Shown: piece after piece, positions 57,890 to 64,000 of the stretch | Position numbering within the stretch: the stretch's first letter is position 1 | Layout: each line of letters opens with the position of its first letter | Assembly: GCA_040755005.1 (NCBI GenBank) | Contig: JBFMBV010000001.1 | Span: 5,692-69,691 of the forward strand | Direction of reading: 5' to 3' | DNA: 64,000 nt | DNA from: Bacillota bacterium | GTDB taxonomy: Bacteria; Bacillota; Sulfobacillia; JBFMBV01 | Notes under the pieces: model-generated | What the model was told of the DNA's origin: nothing | Seen by the model: only the letters and a program-made list of their open reading frames with translations | The model's database searches: none | Program-made: the position numbers and the translations under genes

Positions 57890-58540
57890 ATGGCAGGCAT
57901 CGTCGTCGCAGGTGGGAGATCTAGCCGTTTCGGACGGGACAAGGCCTCCCTGCCCTTTGGGGGGGGCACCCTGGCCGGGCACGTTGTCCAGACGCTACGA
58001 GCAGTCACAGGGGAGGTAATCGTAGTCGCAGGCTGGACGGCGGCGCTGCCAGATGTCAGGGTGCCGGTGGTCCCGGACCTCGTGCCGGACCGGGGCCCCC
58101 TGGGTGGCATCCATGCGGGCCTGCACGCCGTCAAGGACTCCCTTGCTGTTTGCGTGGCCTGCGACATGCCTTTCTTGAGGCCGGACTTGCTTCAGTACAT
58201 GCTGAACGAGTCACCCGGATACGATGCGGTGGTCCCCTGCGTTGACGGCCTCTATGAACCCCTGCACGCTGTGTACGCCAAGTCCTGCCTCCCCGTCATC
58301 GAGCGGGCCCTGGCCACGCCGGGCGCCCGGGTGGCCTCGGTCTATCCCGAGCTGAAACTGCGCCTCCTTGAGCGGGCTGAGCTCGAGCGCTTCGGTGACC
58401 CGGCGATCCTGTTATTCAACGTCAACACTCTCGCTGACTATCAGCTGGCAATCGGGCGGCTTGAAGCGGCACCGGCCATCCCACCTTGCCGGAGCCACGG
58501 CCTGCGGGAGGAAAACAAGGCAGGACGCGAGAAGTATTGA
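57890..58540 (+). CDS. mobA: molybdenum cofactor guanylyltransferase
   Basis: MAGIVVAGGRSSRFGRDKASLPF; GGAGGGGG RBS. Confidence 0.8.
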   Translation: MAGIVVAGGRSSRFGRDKASLPFGGGTLAGHVVQTLRAVTGEVIVVAGWTAALPDVRVPVVPDLVPDRGPLGGIHAGLHAVKDSLAVCVACDMPFLRPDLLQYMLNESPGYDAVVPCVDGLYEPLHAVYAKSCLPVIERALATPGARVASVYPELKLRLLERAELERFGDPAILLFNVNTLADYQLAIGRLEAAPAIPPCRSHGLREENKAGREKY

Positions 58541-58588
58541 AAGGTTTTGGGCAGTTGCATGCACAGGTTCGTGCAGGGAGGGTCGGTC

Positions 58589-59083
58589 ATGCGGCACAGG
58601 CAACTGGTAGGCCTCACCTTTGCCGGGCTATTGGCCGTCTGGATCCTCCTGGTCGGGTCCCTCGCTACGCAAGAGCTGGTCTTCGGCGCCGTGGCGGCGG
58701 CGGGCATCACCTGGTTCTCGGCTCCCCTGCTGTTCACCCGCGCTGAGCTGCCACCGTTGACCTTCAGGCGCGCAGCGGCCCTGGTAGCCTATTGCGCGTA
58801 CCTGGTCCGCGAAGTCGTCATCGCCAATCTGCACGTTGCCTATATAGTGCTCCACCCCCGCCTGCCGATCAGCCCCGGGTTCGTACGGTTCTCGACCAAG
58901 CTCCGTTCCGAGCTCGGCCGGGCCGCGCTGGCCAATTCCATCACCCTCACGCCCGGCACGCTGACAGTCGAGGCTGAGCAGGACGACTTCCTGATCCATG
59001 CCCTGACCGCCCAGGCGGCGCAGGGCGTAGTCGGATGGGAGGCCGAAGACCGGTTGCGGCGATTGGAGGCGGCCGAGGGATGA
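58589..59083 (+). CDS. mrpE: Mrp/Mnh cation:proton antiporter subunit E
   Basis: MnhE-like 2-TM N-terminus then soluble domain; GGGAGGG RBS. Confidence 0.7.
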   Translation: MRHRQLVGLTFAGLLAVWILLVGSLATQELVFGAVAAAGITWFSAPLLFTRAELPPLTFRRAAALVAYCAYLVREVVIANLHVAYIVLHPRLPISPGFVRFSTKLRSELGRAALANSITLTPGTLTVEAEQDDFLIHALTAQAAQGVVGWEAEDRLRRLEAAEG

Positions 59084-59343
59084 TGCTTGCGTTAGAGCTG
59101 ACCGCAGCCGCCCTCCTACTGCTGACCTTCCTGTCCTTGTACCGAGCGGCGGTCGGGCCGACCGTCGCCGACCGCGTCGTGGCGGTCAACGTGGTGTCCA
59201 CCAAGACCGTGGCGGTCATCGCGGTTGTGTCCTACCTCGCCGACGCCCATTTCTTCCTCGACGTCGCCCTCGTCTATGCCCTGATCGGCTTCCTCACCAC
59301 CGTGGGCGTAGCCAACTATGTAGAGAGGGGGAAGGTGTGGTGA
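59080..59343 (+). CDS. mrpF: Mrp antiporter subunit F
   Basis: ATGA overlap with the mrpE stop; 3-TM 87-aa protein. Confidence 0.7.
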   Translation: MMLALELTAAALLLLTFLSLYRAAVGPTVADRVVAVNVVSTKTVAVIAVVSYLADAHFFLDVALVYALIGFLTTVGVANYVERGKVW

Positions 59344-59666
59344 TGGTGATGGCCTGGGTGTCCGGGACCCTGCTGGGCCTCGGGGTGTTCTTTTTCGCCG
59401 TCGGCACGCTGGGGCTGTTGCGCCTGCCCGACGTGTACACCCGGATGCACGCCACCACAAAGGCCGACACCCTGGGCGCAGGCCTAGTCCTCTTGGGCCT
59501 GGGCGCCCGCGGCGGATCCCCGGCCGATCTGGCCAAACTCGGCCTGCTGATCGTCTTCGTCTGGCTGACCAGCCCGACCGCCGCCCACGTCATGGCCCGG
59601 GCCGCGTACCGCGCGGGCATCACCCCGGTCGCCGGCACCGTCAACGAGGAGGGGGCGCGCAGATGA
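59343..59666 (+). CDS. mrpG: Mrp antiporter subunit G
   Basis: LRLPDVYTRMHATTKADTLG conserved MnhG motif. Confidence 0.75.
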   Translation: MVMAWVSGTLLGLGVFFFAVGTLGLLRLPDVYTRMHATTKADTLGAGLVLLGLGARGGSPADLAKLGLLIVFVWLTSPTAAHVMARAAYRAGITPVAGTVNEEGARR

Positions 59667-59902
59667 GCGGGCTGCTTTCCCTGCTCTTGCCCGCCTACCT
59701 GATCGCCGCGGCCATCGCCGTCGCCCAGACCAGGGACCTGTTGGGAGCCACCATCATCTTCGCCTCGTACAGCCTGATCATGGCTGTCGTCTGGCAGCAA
59801 CTGCAGGCACCCGACGTGGCCATCACTGAAGCCGCCATCGGCGCCGGTGTGACCACCCTGCTGTTCTTGGCCGCCATCGCCCGTACAAGGAGGCAGGAGT
59901 GA
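59663..59902 (+). CDS. small MrpB-related membrane protein (DUF4040-like)
   Basis: 79 aa, 2-3 TM; ATGA overlap with mrpG. Confidence 0.55.
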   Translation: MSGLLSLLLPAYLIAAAIAVAQTRDLLGATIIFASYSLIMAVVWQQLQAPDVAITEAAIGAGVTTLLFLAAIARTRRQE

Positions 59903-59903
59903 C

Positions 59904-60188
59904 ATGCGCAGCTATGTCGGACTGCTCCTTCTAGCCGTGGTGGTGCTGGCCTTAGGGCCGATGGTGCTGGAGATGCCCGCCATGGGCGATCCCTCTAGCC
60001 CTGCCAACAACACAGTGGCCCGGAAGTACGTGGAAGACGCCCGGACCGACACAGCTTCCATCAACGCTGTCACGGCGATTATCTTCGATTACCGTGCCTA
60101 CGACACTCTGGGCGAGACCACTGTCCTGTTCACCGCCGTGATCGCGGTCTTCGCCGTCTTGGCCGGTACACGCAGAGGAGGTCACTAG
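59904..60188 (+). CDS. mrpB: Mrp antiporter subunit B, N-terminal part
   Basis: VTAIIFDYRAYDTLGETTVLF MnhB signature. Confidence 0.7.
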   Translation: MRSYVGLLLLAVVVLALGPMVLEMPAMGDPSSPANNTVARKYVEDARTDTASINAVTAIIFDYRAYDTLGETTVLFTAVIAVFAVLAGTRRGGH

Positions 60189-60192
60189 GGAC

Positions 60193-60615
60193 ATGCGGGA
60201 CACCGTCCTCGACATCACGGTCAGGATCCTGTTCCCGGTGATCCTCCTGTATGGGCTGTTCGTGGTGATCCATGGGCACCTCTCGCCCGGCGGCGGGTTC
60301 ACAGGCGGCGCCATCATGGGCGCGGCGATGCTGCTGCTTGGCCTGGCCAAAGGCTCGACCGCCGCCCACCGGCTGCTGACCGAGTCCCTCTCGACCGCCA
60401 TCGACAGTGGCGGCGCCCTGCTTTACCTGGCATCAGGCCTTACTGGGCTGCTCCTGGGTTCGCGGTTCCTGGCCAACAAGGCCGCCGGCTTCCCAGTAGG
60501 GACGCCCGGACAGCTGCTGAGCTCGGGCCTGATCTGGATCATCGGGCTGGCCGTCGGCGCCAAGGTGCTCGCCACCATGTGGTCTTTGTTCACGGCCCTG
60601 GCAGGGGAGGAGTGA
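60193..60615 (+). CDS. Mrp antiporter subunit B, C-terminal part
   Basis: GHLSPGGGFTGG MnhB signature. Confidence 0.7.
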   Translation: MRDTVLDITVRILFPVILLYGLFVVIHGHLSPGGGFTGGAIMGAAMLLLGLAKGSTAAHRLLTESLSTAIDSGGALLYLASGLTGLLLGSRFLANKAAGFPVGTPGQLLSSGLIWIIGLAVGAKVLATMWSLFTALAGEE

Positions 60616-60617
60616 GC

Positions 60618-60971
60618 ATGGCCCCCCTGGTCGACCGGGTCTACTACTTCACGTCCCTGGCCCTCTTCGCCATCGGCTTTCACACACTGGTCACCAACAA
60701 CAACCTCATCAAGAAGATCATGGGCCTGAACATCATGGATACGGCGGTCTTCCTCTTCTTCGTGGCCACCGGCTTCGTCCGCGGGGGCCGCGCCCCACTC
60801 GTCACGGGGCCCGGAGTGTACACGAACCCGCTCCCGCCTGCCCTGATCCTCACGGGCATCGTCATCGCCGTGAGCACCACCGGCTTCGCTCTGGCTCTGG
60901 CCATCCGTATCTACCATCACGCCGGCACCCTGAACGTCGACGAGCTGACCCGGCGTATCAGGGGGGGCTGA
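60618..60971 (+). CDS. mrpC: Mrp antiporter subunit C (NuoK-like)
   Basis: GLNIMDTAVFLFFVA; GGGGAGGAG RBS; ATG immediately after the upstream TGA. Confidence 0.8.
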   Translation: MAPLVDRVYYFTSLALFAIGFHTLVTNNNLIKKIMGLNIMDTAVFLFFVATGFVRGGRAPLVTGPGVYTNPLPPALILTGIVIAVSTTGFALALAIRIYHHAGTLNVDELTRRIRGG

Positions 60972-60972
60972 A

Positions 60973-62454
60973 ATGGCGGTAGTGGAGCACCTGCCTGTCC
61001 TGGGCGTAGCCGGCCTGTTAGCGATGGCGTTCGTCATCCCCCTCCTGCCCGAGGGCCGTTTACCTGCCATGCTGGCTCTGGCAGGCTCAGTGTGGGCAGC
61101 CCTTGCCCAGGCAGGCACCCTCTTCGCTGTCCTCGCTGAAGGGACCCTCGTCTACCATGTAGGAAGCTGGCCGCCCCCCTGGGGCATTGAAGTCAGAGTG
61201 GACCTGCTGGGCGCAGTGGTGGCGTTCGTAGTGGCGGCCGTGGGGTTGTTCATCGCGGTCTACGCCCTGGGCAGCGTCCCCCTGGAGATCCCCGGACCCG
61301 CCAGGCGGTGGTACTTCTGCCTTCAAACCCTACTGAGCGCAGGGATGCTGGGCCTGATCAACAGCGGCGACCTGTTCAACATCTTCGTCTTCCTGGAGAT
61401 CACCTCCCTGGCGGCCTACGCCTTGGTGGCCGTCGAGGACAAGCTGGAGAGCCTGGAGGCATCCTTCAAGTACCTCGTGCTCGGCTCAGTGGGTTCGGGG
61501 CTGGTCCTGCTGGGTATCGCCATGATCTACATGGTCACAGGCCACCTCAACCTGGAAGCCCTGGCAGGCGCTGTGCCGGCAGCCGCCGAGGCCTTCCCGC
61601 GGAACCTGACCGCCGGGCTCAGTGTGTTCGTGGTCGGCATCGCTGCCAAGAGCGCCCTGTTCCCCCTGCATGTATGGCTCCCCGACGCCCATGCCAACGC
61701 CCCGTCTCCGGCCAGCGCCCTCTTGTCGGGGCTGGTCCTGAAGACATCCCTGCTCGTCCTGGTGCGGGTCACCTTCAACGTCCTCGGGCCAGCTTTCGCC
61801 CAGGCGACGCCCTTGCCCATGGTGCTATTCTGGTTGTCGACGGGTGGGATCCTGCTGGGCAGCCTGTTCGCCATCGCCCAGCGTGACCTCAAGCGCATGC
61901 TGGCATACTCCAGCGTGGCTCAGGTAGCCTACATCTTCTTCGGCCTGTCCGTGTTCACGCACAACGCGGTGACCGGCGCGTTCCTCCATATCGTGTATCA
62001 CGCCATGCTCAAGGCCAGCCTGTTTATGGCGGCCGGGCTGATCATCGCCCGGACGGGGCAGCGCCGCCTGGGCGCCCTCTCGGGGATCGGGCGGCACATG
62101 CCGCTGACCACGGCAGCCTTCGCCATCGCGGCGGTTGGCATGATCGGCCTGCCCCCGACCGGCGGGTTCCTGAGCAAATGGTACTTGGCCCTGGGCAGCG
62201 TAGACGCGGCTAAGCCGCTCTATGCCTTCGTGATCGTCTTTTCGAGCCTATTGAACGCCATGTACTTCCTGCCGCTGATCATCAGTGCCTTTTTCGGGCC
62301 CGCGCTGCAGACCTTGGCCCCCGGCCGCGAGGGACCGCTGACCATGGTCCTACCTACGCTGCTGTTGAGCGTCGTCACCTTACTCATCGGCATCGTACCC
62401 CATTTCCCGCTCAATGCCCTGGCCGCCGCAGCCGCAGCCCTGCTCGGACGCTGA
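60973..62454 (+). CDS. mrpD: Mrp antiporter subunit D (NuoN/M-like)
   Basis: WLPDAHANAPSPASALLSG and LAYSSVAQ motifs; 493 aa. Confidence 0.85.
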   Translation: MAVVEHLPVLGVAGLLAMAFVIPLLPEGRLPAMLALAGSVWAALAQAGTLFAVLAEGTLVYHVGSWPPPWGIEVRVDLLGAVVAFVVAAVGLFIAVYALGSVPLEIPGPARRWYFCLQTLLSAGMLGLINSGDLFNIFVFLEITSLAAYALVAVEDKLESLEASFKYLVLGSVGSGLVLLGIAMIYMVTGHLNLEALAGAVPAAAEAFPRNLTAGLSVFVVGIAAKSALFPLHVWLPDAHANAPSPASALLSGLVLKTSLLVLVRVTFNVLGPAFAQATPLPMVLFWLSTGGILLGSLFAIAQRDLKRMLAYSSVAQVAYIFFGLSVFTHNAVTGAFLHIVYHAMLKASLFMAAGLIIARTGQRRLGALSGIGRHMPLTTAAFAIAAVGMIGLPPTGGFLSKWYLALGSVDAAKPLYAFVIVFSSLLNAMYFLPLIISAFFGPALQTLAPGREGPLTMVLPTLLLSVVTLLIGIVPHFPLNALAAAAAALLGR

Positions 62455-62548
62455 CCGCTCCTCCGCTAGAATGGGTGAAAGCGCCCATTGGGGCACTCCC
62501 GGCAGGCACGCCCGCAGCTGCTCCAACCTAGACTGCATCAGGCAGCGT

Positions 62549-62578
62549 TTGACACAAACAGCGCGAACCCGCTATACT
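62549..62578 (+). promoter_or_regulatory. sigma-A promoter of the second D/A-like antiporter gene
   Basis: TTGACA, 18 nt, TATACT. Confidence 0.5.
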
Positions 62579-62650
62579 GGGCTCGGGTTTACATAGCCCT
62601 TTTCATCGGCGGACGCTTGTGCGAAGTTTCACAGGAAAGAAGGCGACCCT

Positions 62651-64000
62651 CATGTCGTTCGCAGGCCAGACTGTCCACTCGTCCCTGCCGCTGGTGGCGT
62701 CGATCACGCCTATGGCAGGCAGCCTGCTGGTCTACTTCGCCGGTTTGGTCAACGATCGCGCACGCAACGCAGTCGCCATCGCCATCGCCGCCCTCACCCT
62801 CGTCCTCGTGCTCATGATGTACCCGCAGGTCAACGCAGGCCTGATCCTGGAAGCGAACTACGGCGAGTTCCTGCCTCCCTTGGGCATCTCCTTTCGGGTG
62901 GATCTGCTCAGTTTCTTCCTGGCCGGGCTCTCTGCTTTCATCTGGCTCCTGGCCACGGTCTACTCGCTTGAATACATGCAGGGGGAACACGGCACCAACC
63001 GCTACTACTCCTTCCTTACCCTGACCCTGGCGGGCGCCTTGGGGACGTTCCTGGCCGGGGACCTGTTCACCCTGTTCCTGTTCTTCGAGTTCATGTCCCT
63101 GCCCGCATACATCCTGGTCGTGCACGAAGAGACGGACGAAGCCATGCGTGCTGGCCTCAAATACCTCTTTATGACCATCGGCGGTGGCCTGTGCTTTTTC
63201 TTTGCGCTGGTGGCCACCTATGAGTTGGGCGGAACGGTCACCCTCGGTCAGGTAGGGCTGATCAAGGACGTGTCCCTACTATCAGCCTTGGCCTTCGTGG
63301 GTTACCTCATCGCGTTTGGGATGAAGGCCGGCATGGTGCCGCTGCATGTATGGCTGTCCGACGCCCACCCGGTGGCGCCATCGCCTGCCAGTGCCTTGCT
63401 CTCCGGCATCATGATCAAGACCGGCGCCTACGGATTGCTGCGGGTGATCTACGGCGTGTACGGGCCGGAGTTCATGGCCAGGGTCAATTGGCCCTCGTTC
63501 CTGTTGGCCGCGGCCGCCATCACCATCCTACTCGGCTCAGCGGTCGCCATCATGCAGCAGGACATCAAGCGGCGGCTGGCGTATTCCAGCATCGGGCAGA
63601 TGGGTTATATCCTTCTGGGCATGTCGCTCCTGACCGAACGGGCGCTGACGGGGGACATCTTCCACATCTTCGCCCATGCCTTCATGAAGGCTTGCCTATT
63701 CCTGGCGGCTGGCGCGGTGATCAAGCGGACGGGCAAACGTCTGATTGCCGACTACGCCGGCATCGGCTTCAAGATGCCGGTCACCATGGGCTGCTTCACC
63801 GTCGCCGCCCTGACCATGGTAGGAATCCCGCCGCTGAACGGCTTCATCAGCAAGTGGGAGATAGCCCTCGGCGCCTTCGACGCGGGCAAGCCGTTGTTCG
63901 CCTTCCTGCTCGTCGTGAGCAGCCTGATGAACGCCGTGTACTACTTCCCGATCATCATTTCGGCGTATTTTGGCCGGCCGGCCCATGACTCCCTTGCGAC
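62651..64000 (+). CDS. second NuoL/M/N-family (MrpD/MrpA-like) proton-pumping subunit, runs off window end
   Basis: MSFAGQTVHSS...WLSDAHPVAPSPASALLSGIMIKTGAYGLLRV...LAYSSIGQMGYIL; not in ORF track because no stop; the track ORF 63350-63988 is an overlapping wrong frame. Confidence 0.75.

Noticed and set aside
63350-63988. 212-aa + strand ORF
   Set aside because: Wrong reading frame inside the run-off NuoL/M/N-like gene that starts at 62651; the other frame carries the WLSDAHPVAPSPASALLSG motif.
1-64000. Search for mobile elements, CRISPR arrays and rRNA
   Set aside because: No transposase or integrase-like ORFs; no arrays of 25-40-nt direct repeats with spacers; no 16S/23S/5S-like sequence. 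The asnB island has no flanking direct repeats that I could see.

Overview
This 64-kb window is about 68% GC and comes from an endospore-forming Firmicute. The lineage is my inference only (a high-GC Clostridia-like group such as Symbiobacterium or Thermaerobacter); it cannot be verified without a search. Most genes are on the minus strand. From about 19 kb to 56 kb the gene order is the inverted Bacillus subtilis origin-proximal block: metS-yabD(tatD)-yabE-ksgA-...-ispE-purR-spoVG-glmU-prs-ctc-pth-mfd-spoVT-yabM-yabN-hbs-yabO-yabP-yabQ-divIC-yabR-tRNAs-spoIIE-tilS-ftsH. Lineage-specific insertions break that block: cphA/cphB (cyanophycin) with an adjacent S1-like peptidase and a DUF458 protein, an orphan GAF-PAS histidine kinase, a GNAT gene, mobB-mobA joined to an Mrp antiporter operon that runs off the right edge, an opposite-strand orphan gene splitting yabP from yabQ, a SpoIID-like lipoprotein, and a serpin lipoprotein next to an ECF sigma/anti-sigma pair. 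The expected veg, yabG, sspF, yabJ, rnmV and hprT are absent. The left 15 kb is metabolic and accessory: hutU-hutH with a flavin-reductase-like gene, two M16 peptidases, a low-GC asnB island that coincides with a truncated and frameshifted MATE gene, cca tightly coupled to an AAA+ ATPase with an uncharacterised N-domain, and a T-box-controlled proB-proA-proC operon with GTGA start/stop overlaps. I read directly from the sequence two T-box leaders (Pro and Met), three tRNAs (Glu-TTC, Lys-CTT, Met-CAT), several near-consensus sigma-A promoters, a forespore-type promoter at spoVT, and GC-rich hairpin terminators. I found no transposase, integrase, CRISPR array or rRNA. Many listed ORFs are GC-skew shadow frames. 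The ORF track omits ORFs that run off the window ends, so two edge genes are added by hand. Its listed M residues sometimes correspond to GTG or TTG start codons.
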